Positions 29,193 to 38,945 of a stretch of 56,935 nucleotides of DNA are shown here, one piece after another (position 1 is the first letter of the stretch; the number at the start of each line of letters is the position of its first letter). Origin of the DNA: an uncultured Collinsella sp. (GTDB lineage: Bacteria > Actinomycetota > Coriobacteriia > Coriobacteriales > Coriobacteriaceae); contig CAAEOW010000144.1 of NCBI GenBank assembly GCA_900757705.1, positions 1-56,935 of the forward strand, read 5' to 3'. Both the position numbers and the translations under genes were made by a program. The notes beneath the pieces are model-generated. The model searched no databases. It had not been told where the DNA came from and worked only from the letters and a program-made list of their open reading frames with translations.

Positions 29193-30077
29193 TTACGAAC
29201 GCTTGCCGGCAAAGCGCAGCGCCAGCGATTGCAGACTGGTGGCGGCTAGGTTGTTGGTGCAGTCGGGGTCGCAGCCTTCCAGCCACACGTACACATCCAC
29301 GCGCACAGGCGTGCTGCGGTTGGCGCCCTTGGCAGCGGCGGGCAGGCTGCAGATCTTGGTCGTAGCCTCCTTGAGGCTCACGATGCCGGTGTCTTCGTTG
29401 TAGTCGCAGAAGTTTGCGCTAGTCAGCTGGTCAAAATGAACCGTGGCGCCATTGGAGCGGGTGCTGTCGAGCACCAGGTGATTCTGCTCGTTCTCGCCGG
29501 CATCCTTGCCGTCGAGCGTGTTGTAGCGCGCCTGGGGATTGCGCTCGCCTGAGACCTCAAAGACATACTGCCCCGTAACGGTGTCGCCCTGCCCCGGAGC
29601 ATAGGTAACCAGGCCCACGCGCAGGGCGGTGGAGATGGGGTTTGCCGGGTCCTGCTCGGTAAAGTCGATGCCCGACAGGTACACGTCGGTCGCGGCCGAA
29701 TTGGTAGCCAGGTACAGGGAGGTCTTGTAGTAGTCGGAGTGCTCGGCGGCGCCAAACATGCTGGCAAAGAGCGAGTCCTGGGTGGTTCCGCCGGTAAAGC
29801 CCGTTACCTTTTGGAAGCCGTTGAGCACGTTGTCGGTCGAGACGGGATCGAGCAGGCCCGAAAAGCTCAGGCCGGCGTTGGTTTTGTATTCGCCGTCGTA
29901 CTCGTTGGAGATGAGGAAGGTCACGCCCGTGCCCGCGGCCATCTTGACATCGGTGATGTGGCGGTTGGCGTTGTAGATGTACCAGGCATATGTTACGGCT
30001 CCGGCAGCAGCAAGGGCCACCAGCAACGTGGCGAGCATGCGATTGAACTGTTTTCGCAGTGAGCGCGCGTCCGACAT
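29193..30077 (-). CDS. Secreted protein with SipW-type signal peptide
   Basis: Start MSDARS after GGAGG; VTYAWY; LDPVST; ALRVG; VWLEGCDPDC. Confidence 0.7.
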   Translation of the reverse strand: MSDARSLRKQFNRMLATLLVALAAAGAVTYAWYIYNANRHITDVKMAAGTGVTFLISNEYDGEYKTNAGLSFSGLLDPVSTDNVLNGFQKVTGFTGGTTQDSLFASMFGAAEHSDYYKTSLYLATNSAATDVYLSGIDFTEQDPANPISTALRVGLVTYAPGQGDTVTGQYVFEVSGERNPQARYNTLDGKDAGENEQNHLVLDSTRSNGATVHFDQLTSANFCDYNEDTGIVSLKEATTKICSLPAAAKGANRSTPVRVDVYVWLEGCDPDCTNNLAATSLQSLALRFAGKRS

Positions 30078-30250
30078 GCCCCTCCCCCAGATGCCGCATC
30101 GTAAACTACCTGGACACCATTTGCCCATAATGGGAATATTTTACGCGAATGTGCAGTTCATCGGGGGTACAAACGCGACTTTTCGCGTACTGCTCGCACC
30201 GGATCGGGGGCCGATAGGGTCGCAAGTTGCCACTTTTTAAAAAATAGTTC

Positions 30251-30279
30251 TTGCCAGTGGGCGGGAGCTCCGTTATATT
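30251..30279 (+). promoter_or_regulatory. Sigma70-type promoter of tRNA-Val
   Basis: TTGCCA-N17-TATATT with upstream A-tract. Confidence 0.7.
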
Positions 30280-30308
30280 ATTCCCTGCGCACTCGCGCAC
30301 CCTTGATC

Positions 30309-30383
30309 GGGCGTTTAGCTCAGGGGGAGAGCGCTTCCCTGACACGGAAGAGGTCAGAAGTTCAAATCTTCTAACGCCCACCA
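30309..30383 (+). tRNA. tRNA-Val (GAC)
   Basis: GGGCGTT/AACGCCC acceptor stem, CTTCC-CTGACAC-GGAAG anticodon arm, TTCAAAT T-loop, encoded CCA. Confidence 0.97.
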
Positions 30384-30391
30384 AATGTTCG

Positions 30392-30428
30392 CAGCTCAGA
30401 GGCTTCGCCTCTGAGCTGTTTTGTTTTA
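30392..30428 (+). terminator. Terminator after tRNA-Val
   Basis: CAGCTCAGAGG-CTTCG-CCTCTGAGCTG followed by T-rich tract. Confidence 0.85.
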
Positions 30429-30662
30429 CGCCGTCAAGCCAAAAGGACGTCGCGTCACCCAAAGCCGCCTCAACAGCTCCAATAACCATCCCGGCCGACG
30501 CCGATACCGCCTCGACAGCGCCGGCAAACACCCCAACTGCACCCCAAGCCGCCCAAACGACCCCGGTAATCGCCCCGATCGGGCCCAAAATCGCTCAACA
30601 GCCCTAACGGCCGCCCCGATCAGGCTCGGATGGCCCTCGCAGCCATATTTAAGTAACCCCCT

Positions 30663-30860
30663 CTATATTGAGGTCTAATACTATTCCCGAGAAGTGAACG
30701 AGCTTATTTGGACCCCCGAAGCATCCACACTTTTTGACGCCAAAACCGCAGGATTCCACTGACAAAACCGCAGGAAACGAGCCCCCAAAAGTGTCGATGC
30801 TTCGGGGGTCCATTCTGGCTCGTTCACTTCTCGGGAAAAGTATTAGACCTGAAAATATAG
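30663..30860. repeat. ~200-bp long palindrome
   Basis: Arms ~30663-30734 and ~30787-30860 nearly perfectly complementary; centre has CAAAACCGCAGGA twice. Confidence 0.85.
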
Positions 30861-30889
30861 CCGCTCATTCCAACCCCCCCATTACCGCT

Positions 30890-31993
30890 TCACCAATACT
30901 GATGCGTCCCGATAACGGCATGCCAGAGCGCAAATCGCTTCGTTTCGACGCGCGCGAGGGCAAAATATCGCTGCTCCCCGCTCATCGCCTTGTTAAAGAT
31001 GGGACGTTTATTCCGATGCAGCTTCCGTCGGATGCGTTCGCACAGCCGGACGAGTTTGTCGTAGTCATTTGCCTGGTCGGTCGTCACGGTAAAGTACGCC
31101 ACATCCTCCAACAACTCCAACTCGTTGCGGCGCTCGGCATCCTTATGGATCTTCTCGCGCCCGTCATGAATGGCATCGCTGTCGTAATCGACCATCGCGG
31201 TCAGCACCTCTGGCAGCAGACCGGCCTTTACTTTATCCCTGCCCACCTCGACTTTTGCCGTAAGCGTAATGTCGGGCGTGCGCTCCAACACGTGCACCTT
31301 GCGCTCGCGCCCATCGTTGAATCCATCGCGAATGAAGACCTTCTTGTTGAGCTCGGCCTTGCCCAATGCATACCCGCCGTAGCGCGCAGGCAGCGACATA
31401 AACATGCAAAGCCCCGACTCCCTGGGAGAGCGCGACCCCTCAATCACATATGCAAGCAGCGCCTTTGCTTTCGCAAGATCCCTCACCTTGGGGGACTTCT
31501 CGATATACGCCGCAATGAGCTCCTTGGTCGTAAGCCTGCCGTCGCGCATGCCCGCACCCCTGCTTGTTACCCCACCGGGAGCAAGGTTATCTAGCCGATA
31601 GTCCGATGTCATGGCATAGCCGGCATAGATGGCAGCCGCCGCATCGCCATCGTGCGCGGCCTGCAAAAACGCCAGCTCGGGAGAGCACACATACGCATCC
31701 AGGTCGCCCATCCAGTGGCCCAGCGAGATAAACGAACCTGCCGGGAGCTCGTTGGTGCACAGGTGCGTCGCGACGTGCTTGGTCCGCCGGCGGTCAGCGC
31801 GCGTCGGCACCATCAGATCCAGCACATCAATCCCCAGGTCGTAGTGATCGATAAACTCCTGAGCCTCCCGGTCACAGAGCGCGCAGGCGCCCGCGATCGA
31901 CACGACCTCTGGTTCCGAATCCCCAAATCGAGGGTTCGGGATGTGCGCCAAAAGCGCCAACGCAGCGTTATGTGAAACGATAAAGTAGCTCAT
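30890..31993 (-). CDS. Hypothetical protein, AbiEi-like plus restriction-endonuclease-like family (paralog of 5101-6168)
   Basis: CSPELAFLQ, SRSPRES, SLPARYGGY, TPD..VDYDS..H. Confidence 0.55.
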   Translation of the reverse strand: MSYFIVSHNAALALLAHIPNPRFGDSEPEVVSIAGACALCDREAQEFIDHYDLGIDVLDLMVPTRADRRRTKHVATHLCTNELPAGSFISLGHWMGDLDAYVCSPELAFLQAAHDGDAAAAIYAGYAMTSDYRLDNLAPGGVTSRGAGMRDGRLTTKELIAAYIEKSPKVRDLAKAKALLAYVIEGSRSPRESGLCMFMSLPARYGGYALGKAELNKKVFIRDGFNDGRERKVHVLERTPDITLTAKVEVGRDKVKAGLLPEVLTAMVDYDSDAIHDGREKIHKDAERRNELELLEDVAYFTVTTDQANDYDKLVRLCERIRRKLHRNKRPIFNKAMSGEQRYFALARVETKRFALWHAVIGTHQYW

Positions 31994-32310
31994 GGCGCGA
32001 AGATAACACGCGCGTCGGCGGCCGCCGGCGGTCCTGGTAAGTTTTCGGCAAACGACCGGCGGTTTTTTGCCGCAGCGCGCCCAAAGTGTTCATTCGTCGA
32101 CGTCTAGCTGCAAATCCGTCAAGCTTTTGGCAAGGTTGCCGCTCAACTGACCAAAAGCTGACCATTTGCTTGCCCATTTACTTGACGGCACGCCCTCGCC
32201 AAAATGCTCCGCGACTTCTCGGGCGGTCGAAGTGCTCGTTTAGCGACCACACACCCGTCGCTGGGGTATCCTTGGAGCACATGCACCGCAAGCCGCACAA
32301 AGGAGCCGCC

Positions 32311-33009
32311 ATGCGCACCGAGCTCGATGTTCCCTTTTCGCACAAAGACGAGGCCAAGGCCCTGGGCGCCAAGTGGGACCGGGTCAAGAAGATCTGGTAC
32401 GTGCCCGATGGCGTCAACCCCGAGCCCTTTGCCGCGTGGCTGCCCGGCGTGGATCGCTCCGACCCCAGCGCGCCCTACATCTACCTGGTGCTGGGCAAGC
32501 GCGAATGTTGGAAGTGTCACGAGCAGACGACGGTCGCAGCCTTTGGCATTCCGTATCGGGTGGCCGAGGACTCGGGCAGCAAGGCTGCGCCCGGCGCAAT
32601 ACCCGCTGTGGACGACGCGGGCCACATCGCGATCGACACCGCCCGCGCCAACGCCATAGCCATCGTCCCCGCGCTGGGCTGCGTGCCGGCCGAAATTCGC
32701 GACTACCTGCGCGAGCGCTGCGGCTACAAGCCCGTAACGTCGCGCACCACCAAGACCGTATCGCTCGCTAGCACCTGCACCGCCTGCGGCGCGCTGCAAG
32801 GCAGCCATTACCTGTTCGAGGAGCCCACGTCGCCGTTTGCACTCACGGCCATCAACAAGCTGCCCGCGCTGGAGTTCGTGCGCGTGGAAGTCGCCGGCGT
32901 CTACGGCATCCCCGACAGTCAGGACAACTTTGACCAGGCGCTCTTCACCTGGGCACGTGACCACCACACCCAGTTCCACAAAACCCTGTGCGAGGGGATT
33001 TACCTGTAG
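32311..33009 (+). CDS. DUF5710-domain protein with CxxC pairs
   Basis: LDVPFSHKDEAKALGAKWD...WYVP; CWKC and CTAC; AAGGAG RBS. Confidence 0.7.
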   Translation: MRTELDVPFSHKDEAKALGAKWDRVKKIWYVPDGVNPEPFAAWLPGVDRSDPSAPYIYLVLGKRECWKCHEQTTVAAFGIPYRVAEDSGSKAAPGAIPAVDDAGHIAIDTARANAIAIVPALGCVPAEIRDYLRERCGYKPVTSRTTKTVSLASTCTACGALQGSHYLFEEPTSPFALTAINKLPALEFVRVEVAGVYGIPDSQDNFDQALFTWARDHHTQFHKTLCEGIYL

Positions 33010-33034
33010 GGCATCTTATAAGGCAGAAACGCCC

Positions 33035-33127
33035 GAGCGTGGAAAATCTCCCGTTTTTGACAGCTTTTCAGCCCAAAATCGTCCGATAATCCACGCTCAA
33101 TTTTCAATCGTCCAACAATCCTCGCTC
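33035..33127. repeat. Dispersed GAGCGTGGA/TCCACGCTC element, copy A
   Basis: GAGCGTGGA-N46-TCCACGCTC plus a degenerate third box 29 bp later. Confidence 0.65.
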
Positions 33128-33139
33128 ATCAGCAGGCAA

Positions 33140-33421
33140 CTAGACATCCGCCTCGTCATAGGTAATGGTGCATCCGCAGGTTGGGCATTGTTGAGGATAG
33201 ACTGGAAGGCGCAGGCCTGTTCGAGCGCGTGAGTCGGCGGCGTGTTTGTCGCGGGTGTCGATGAAGCTGATGTCTAGGCATGGGAGGTCTACGCCGCAGT
33301 GAGGGCAGGGCAGGCAGACTTGGCTGCAGTTGGCCTCGACGAGCGGGAATAGGCTCCGGTCCATTAACGCTCGCGGTAGGTTTCCGTACACGCCTCGCGC
33401 GATATCGCTTCGCCATCCCAT
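33140..33421 (-). CDS. Small zinc-ribbon protein
   Basis: AAAGGGGAG RBS; CPHC and CPTC. Confidence 0.5.
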   Translation of the reverse strand: MGWRSDIARGVYGNLPRALMDRSLFPLVEANCSQVCLPCPHCGVDLPCLDISFIDTRDKHAADSRARTGLRLPVYPQQCPTCGCTITYDEADV

Positions 33422-33539
33422 GGTCTCCCCTTTCCCGTTTTAACCGTTGAGGAGAGGATGGCAGGATCGTGCAGCCCTCGATGCGGCGTGGCGCGATCCG
33501 ATCAATTGACATGATTGAGTTACGGCAGGCTGCAACCGA

Positions 33540-34607
33540 CTAATACGGAGCAACGGCTTCCGCATGACGTCGCGATTCCGAGAAATCGAACTCGGCGCGA
33601 TGAGCCTCAAGGAAACGGGCGCTGGGACGCAGGCGATGTTCGTCCGGCTCGTGCAACACCGAACCTGCAAACGCCGCATAGTCCGTATGCTGCAGAAGGT
33701 ACGACCCGCAAAGCTGATAATCGCCGCGCGCCAGTTCGAACGAAATCAGGTGAGCATCGAACAGCGAGTGCAGGTCACGGCGCAGCAGGATACCGTTGCT
33801 GACAACCTGCGACTTGGGACCCGAGTAGTTCTCAATATGCGCGGCTTCGAGCGCTTCGTCGACATTGCAACCCGAGACGGCGCATCGCCCGGTATAGGCC
33901 TCAAAGAGCCGATTGCGAAAACGCTGCTGGCCAATTCGCTCGCGACGCAGCGCGTAACGAACCTTTTCATCGTCGCTCGCCGGAGTGCCGGAAAACTCCG
34001 CCGAGATCGGAGCCTCATCGGGGAAGAAACGCGCGTCGGGTCCACCCTTATGGACGGGGCCATGCAGCACAAACCAGCTATTCTCGGGCTCGTAACGCTC
34101 GACGAACACTAGGCCCAGCACCTTGTAGCCAGCGCTCGTTGCAAAGAAAACGCCAACGGGAACGCCGCATTCCATGCAGTTGATCATCTTTTGGTTGTAG
34201 TCCTGGTCGCGCCAGTTTTCGACCGAAGCACTTTGCGACGAGTACTTGAGCACCCACGTGCCGTCCTCAAGATAGAGCGGCGGAACATCAGGGTAGGGGC
34301 CGCGCTTGGAATTGTGCACCGAAAGGGCAAAGGTCTTCTCGCGCGGATGCTTAATGCGCCCGCGACCAGGCCAAAAGATGCCCGAATCGCGCGACACCGG
34401 AAAGAGTTCGGAATCAATCGTCAGACGGAAGGAATATTGAGGGCTATCGGCATTGGTGCGATGCGGAAGCTTGTCCCACAGGCCGCCACGCCGCTCCTCG
34501 CGCAAGAACCACTCCCAGGCCTGGACATATTCGTACGGCACAAAGCCGCAAGCGCGGTCGAAACTCGGCCGAGCAATCAGCGGAACACTAGAAGCGATGC
34601 CGTCCAT
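33540..34607 (-). CDS. HNH endonuclease with SRA/PUA-like N-terminus (putative modification-dependent restriction)
   Basis: GQQRFR..CAVSG..LEAAHI..NGILLRRDLHSLFD (HNH_2 type); start MDGIAS after GGAGG. Confidence 0.8.
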   Translation of the reverse strand: MDGIASSVPLIARPSFDRACGFVPYEYVQAWEWFLREERRGGLWDKLPHRTNADSPQYSFRLTIDSELFPVSRDSGIFWPGRGRIKHPREKTFALSVHNSKRGPYPDVPPLYLEDGTWVLKYSSQSASVENWRDQDYNQKMINCMECGVPVGVFFATSAGYKVLGLVFVERYEPENSWFVLHGPVHKGGPDARFFPDEAPISAEFSGTPASDDEKVRYALRRERIGQQRFRNRLFEAYTGRCAVSGCNVDEALEAAHIENYSGPKSQVVSNGILLRRDLHSLFDAHLISFELARGDYQLCGSYLLQHTDYAAFAGSVLHEPDEHRLRPSARFLEAHRAEFDFSESRRHAEAVAPY

Positions 34608-34749
34608 AAGGAACCTCCAGGAAGAACAGTTCCTCACATTAACGCCTACATAAATAGCGCCGCACGAAAATGCTCTGCTAGACCAGCATTAACATATAGG
34701 TGATGGCACCGTGGTATAACATCCGTAAGTACTATGGCGTGGAATCATC

Positions 34750-35790
34750 ATGAACGCCGAAGATCTGGTCATCCCCTTCAAGAAGACTATGGCGAACCCT
34801 AGCAAAACCGAGCGCTGCCGCGCGATCGAATCCGTCAGGGGAGCTATTCGCACAGCGATTTTCGATAATGTGACTGGCTCCTCCTATGAAATCGAATGCT
34901 GCTCGCGCTGCGGGTCAGTCACGATCGTGAAAAGGGAAAGGCCAAGAATGGCGAGCAGTGCTACCTCTGCCGGGACTGCGACAAGACCTTCGGCATGGGC
35001 AGTGAGCGCAACCTGGGAATGAGCAAGCTCTCGAAGGAGACCTGGATGGCCTATACCGAGCGCTTCGTTCTCATGCTGCCCCTGCGCGAAAGCGCGAGGC
35101 GTTGCCGCATCTGCCTCAAGACCGCCTATACCACTCGTCACAGGCTCATCGAGGGACTTTCGGCCTACCCCCCTCGTTCAAGGTCGAGCGGGACCGCGGC
35201 TGCGAACTCGACGAGACCTATTTCCCCGAGCCGTTCAAGGGCAACCACACGAAGGAGACATTCACGATACCGCCCCCCGACATCGCGGCAAGCAGGTGTA
35301 CAGGCGTAGACTGTCGCGTGAGCAGATCTGCGTCATGACCGTCGCGAACGACTCGAACGAAACGTTTTTCGAGGTCTCGGGGCGGGGTGTGCTATCGAGA
35401 AAACACGCCGTGGACGTACTAAGGGGCCACATCGCGTCCGGTTCCGTCGTCACGACTGACAAGGCCTCAGCCTATGTCGACGCCCTCGCTGAACTCGAGG
35501 TCGCGGTGCATGCGGCATGCAATTCCAAGGACCGCTCCGAGGGGACCATCAACCGGATCAATACCGTCCATTCGCTCCTTGGCGCCTTCATGGAGCCGTT
35601 TCGAGGTGTCTCGATGAAACACCTCGACGCTTATCTCGCCTAGTTCAAGTGGTGCCGAACCTTCATGGCGGTCGATTCCGATGCCACCGGGCGCACGGTC
35701 GCGCGTCAGCTCGCACACGGCGCCTACAAAAGCCGCATCCGCGACATATTCAGTCCGGTGGACTACTGGGTCGCATCCGCCGCATAGAGA
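34750..35790 (+). pseudogene. IS1595-family transposase remnant
   Basis: Zn ribbon CSRC/CRDC, ELDETYF, VTTDKASAY, INRINTVHS, RGVSMKHL split over several frames; TAG at 35641. Confidence 0.85.
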
Positions 35791-35833
35791 CGATAAAATG
35801 GCTGCACCGTGATATATGAAGAAAGGTACAGCC

Positions 35834-36034
35834 ATGCCGTCGAACATACCCGCCACGACGATACGTATCGAACCGGAGATTAAGAAAGAGGCCACGGTCA
35901 TCTTGGACGAGCTCGGGCTGTCCATGTCCACCGCCATCAACGCATTCCTCAGAGCGCTCGCCTGAGATGGCGGCATGCCGTTCGAGATGAAAATTGCAAC
36001 AAAGCGAAGCCAAGCTAAGGGGAACTGTGAATAA
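35834..36034 (+). pseudogene. RelB/DinJ-like RHH protein with in-frame stop
   Basis: TIRIEPEIKKEATVILDELGLSMSTAINAFLRALA*DGGMPF; TGA at 35963. Confidence 0.75.
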
Positions 36035-38807
36035 GGAAGATTATGTCGCTTGGATTAGATCCCAAGACGGGTTCCACAATCTTATAGAAGAAATTGATAA
36101 CGACAATATCGTATACAATCGCAATGCTGTTTGGGTAGACCCTGAAGCGCCAGATTTCCTGGACACCAAAACCCATTTAAACGATGAAGAGGCAGTTCGT
36201 GCAGCATTCCTTCTTCTATTATCCAGAGATTTCGAGTACGAACTCACCCCTAGATCAATTGAGCTAGAGCATGTATATCAGGCACCTGGACGACCGCGAC
36301 TCGGTGCCAAGGGGTGTCGTGCGGACATTATTGCTAGAGATGGTCAGGGAAATCCTTATCTGTTCATTGAATTGAAGACGCCAGATGAGTACTCCAATTC
36401 GAGAAAGCTGATCGATGGGCAGTTGTTCCAAGCCTCAAAGTTAGAGGACGTAACGCCAAAGTATCTAGTATGGGCAACTGTTGTCTTTAGAAATGGCGCA
36501 CCAGTTATTCAGTCAGTCGTTATTCCGAGAAGCGACTGGGTCTCATATGCCGAGTGGCATGAAGCAGGCGAGCCTGCGGGCAATATGATTCCGAAGAATT
36601 TCGGCACAGTCATTCGGCGCAAATACGCCAACGTCTCCGGTTCCGACGGGAATAGAATTCCCTTGGACCATTCGTGCAACGAAAGTTTTTTTAGCGGCTT
36701 GGTTACCGACTTGCATGACGTTTTGTGGGGCGGCGGTGGAACTTCAAGCAACGAGGTTTTCGCCATTCTAACGAAACTGATGCTGTGCAAGGCATATGAC
36801 GAGAAGGAAACGCACTCCGGCGAGGATTATCGATTCCAAGTTAGATATATTAACGACAGCGAGGTGCCATCCGAGCTCCTCGTTGAGGACATGAATGAAT
36901 TCTATATAGTCGCGGCAAAAAGCTATCTCGGGATCGAACAGCGGCAGAGCCTGGCATTTGATACGGAGAGGATTAAACCCTCCAAGATTGCCTATGCCGT
37001 TCGACGTCTCGAGGGTATTTCCATTACTAAAAATGATTACGACGGCGATCTTCTCGGAAAGTTTTTCGAAGAGATTGTCGCTCATGGCTTCACGCAAACG
37101 AGGGGACAATTCTTCACCCCGCAGAAGCTAGTCGACTTCATGTTAGATCTAGCCGCTGTACAAGACCAAGCCGAGTCTATCATCACGAACAACCCGGACG
37201 GTCTGGGCGTACGTAGATTCCCCTATGTAATCGATCCATCTTGTGGAGTTGGAACCTTTCTCAACAGCTATATGAGAAAAATAGTGGGCGGACTCAATTC
37301 AAATGATTTTAAGAAAAATCTAACAGACAGAGAACTGGAGGCAGTAGAAGCGGGGTTTGCCGGAAGAACACATACTTCTTGGGCGAAATCATCGCTATAT
37401 GGCATTGAAAGCAATCATGATCTAGGTCTTGCCGCTAAAGTCAATATGATTCTACATGGCGACGGCAGCATGAACACATTCGTCAAGAGTGGACTCTTGC
37501 GGTTCGAGGAATATCAGGTGGAAGGTCGCCCTCAAAATGTTCTAGGCATTCCATCTGTCAATGACAGCAGAATGAACGGTAAATTTGATCTAGTACTATC
37601 GAACCCCCCGTTTTCAATCAAGTTGACCGAAGACGACAAAAACGAAATCGAAAGCGCCTTCTCGGGAGACCTTGGCCTTTCGGAAGACCTGTTTATCGAG
37701 CGACGGTGGCAACTCCTCAATGAAGGAGGGCGCTTTTGTTGCGTCCTACCCGAATCGGTCTTGGACACGAAAAGAGAGTTGGGGACAAGGCTTTGGCTGC
37801 TTGCGAGATTCAAGATCCTTGCCGTAGTTTCGTTGCCCTATTCGGCATTCCAGCCTTATACGAGCGTTAAAACATGCATCGTCTATGCCCAAAAGAGGAC
37901 AAAGCGTCAGAGTGCAGAACTTATCAACAGTATCAATTCCCGAAGAGGTGTCTCAGCGGCAACTTTGCCCCGCCTACTGTCCTCGTTTAAAGAAGCTGGA
38001 GCATTGGGAGAAACAACCTTCTTTGCAGAGCCCGACAATGTTGGTTATAAGCGTCGAAAAGGTCTCGCCGATCTTGAACGACCATCCGATTTGCCGGACG
38101 TGTCATCGCGATTTAATGATGGCTTCGATTCAGATGACTCCAAGCTGGGGTTCGTCAGCACGCTCGAGGACATCATTTCACGCCCCAGCGTTCGCCTCGA
38201 TCCGAAATACCGTTGGCTGTGGGATAAACAAAATGGCGAGGTGCATATTTCAAACATCGGAGATGCCTCAATTCCCCTGTCTAAATGGTTCCAGAAAGTT
38301 GATTTAAAAAAGATGCCGAAGGGTGAGCTTGACAAAAACAGACTATTGATTGACCTTGATGCGGTTGACGCAAGGAGCGGCCGATACGCTCCCGAGCGGG
38401 CAAAGAAGATAGATTCGATTGGCTCGGACAAGGTTCTATTCGACGGGTGTGACATAGCTATCTCGAAACTTGAGCCTTATTTAGGTAAGGTCATAATCAA
38501 TCCTCCGTCAGAGGCAATTGGAACTACTGAATGGGTGGGACTGAAATGCCAATGCTCAGAAAATTCCAAACGACTCGGCTATTGCCTCATGCTTCCCCAG
38601 CTTCTTGATGCCTACAGACGACTTCAAAGTGGCAAACGTCATGCTAGATTAGATATAAATGAAGTACTTGAGCTAAAAGTCGATATCGACCCGTTGTCCG
38701 TATCAAACGCGCGTTTAACTCGCATTGAAGAGAATCTTTCCGAACTTGAACTACAGCAACGCAAGCTCAGAGAATCGATTGATTCTCTGTACAATAATTC
38801 TCATTGA
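36027..38807 (+). CDS. Fused restriction endonuclease/N6-adenine methyltransferase (type IIG/type I-like) with C-terminal TRD-like region
   Basis: ADII..FIELK nuclease motif, GQFFTP, DPSCGVG, NPPF; GTG start overlapping relB-like end; lower GC. Confidence 0.85.
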   Translation: MNKEDYVAWIRSQDGFHNLIEEIDNDNIVYNRNAVWVDPEAPDFLDTKTHLNDEEAVRAAFLLLLSRDFEYELTPRSIELEHVYQAPGRPRLGAKGCRADIIARDGQGNPYLFIELKTPDEYSNSRKLIDGQLFQASKLEDVTPKYLVWATVVFRNGAPVIQSVVIPRSDWVSYAEWHEAGEPAGNMIPKNFGTVIRRKYANVSGSDGNRIPLDHSCNESFFSGLVTDLHDVLWGGGGTSSNEVFAILTKLMLCKAYDEKETHSGEDYRFQVRYINDSEVPSELLVEDMNEFYIVAAKSYLGIEQRQSLAFDTERIKPSKIAYAVRRLEGISITKNDYDGDLLGKFFEEIVAHGFTQTRGQFFTPQKLVDFMLDLAAVQDQAESIITNNPDGLGVRRFPYVIDPSCGVGTFLNSYMRKIVGGLNSNDFKKNLTDRELEAVEAGFAGRTHTSWAKSSLYGIESNHDLGLAAKVNMILHGDGSMNTFVKSGLLRFEEYQVEGRPQNVLGIPSVNDSRMNGKFDLVLSNPPFSIKLTEDDKNEIESAFSGDLGLSEDLFIERRWQLLNEGGRFCCVLPESVLDTKRELGTRLWLLARFKILAVVSLPYSAFQPYTSVKTCIVYAQKRTKRQSAELINSINSRRGVSAATLPRLLSSFKEAGALGETTFFAEPDNVGYKRRKGLADLERPSDLPDVSSRFNDGFDSDDSKLGFVSTLEDIISRPSVRLDPKYRWLWDKQNGEVHISNIGDASIPLSKWFQKVDLKKMPKGELDKNRLLIDLDAVDARSGRYAPERAKKIDSIGSDKVLFDGCDIAISKLEPYLGKVIINPPSEAIGTTEWVGLKCQCSENSKRLGYCLMLPQLLDAYRRLQSGKRHARLDINEVLELKVDIDPLSVSNARLTRIEENLSELELQQRKLRESIDSLYNNSH

Positions 38808-38884
38808 TCAAAAAGGGTATGCTCCGTTCTGAACATCTCTTTTTTCTATTAGCTTATGTCAATTCTGGGCTAACAGAGCCTACG

Positions 38885-38917
38885 AAAAAGGGCCCACTTC
38901 CTTCGAAGTGGGCCCTT
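38885..38917. terminator. Bidirectional terminator
   Basis: AAAAAGGGCCCACTTC-CTTC-GAAGTGGGCCCTT. Confidence 0.8.
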
Positions 38918-38945
38918 GGTCATCCGCATGCTAGCGAACGTCGGA

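Noticed and set aside
26545..30077. Sortase pili or type IV pilins
   Set aside because: No LPXTG/sortase and no G|FxxxE prepilin motif; signal peptides match the SipW class
30106..30607. ORFs overlapping tRNA-Val
   Set aside because: They overlap the tRNA and its terminator, and are low-complexity with no motifs
34700..35820. Intact IS1595 with terminal inverted repeats
   Set aside because: Transposase is broken by frameshifts and a stop; no convincing TIRs found
35963..35965. Selenocysteine or readthrough at the relB-like TGA
   Set aside because: The position likely corresponds to Arg (CGA>TGA); no SECIS-like evidence
30384..38900. Prophage or integrative element at tRNA-Val
   Set aside because: No integrase, phage genes or attR duplicate of the tRNA 3' end seen
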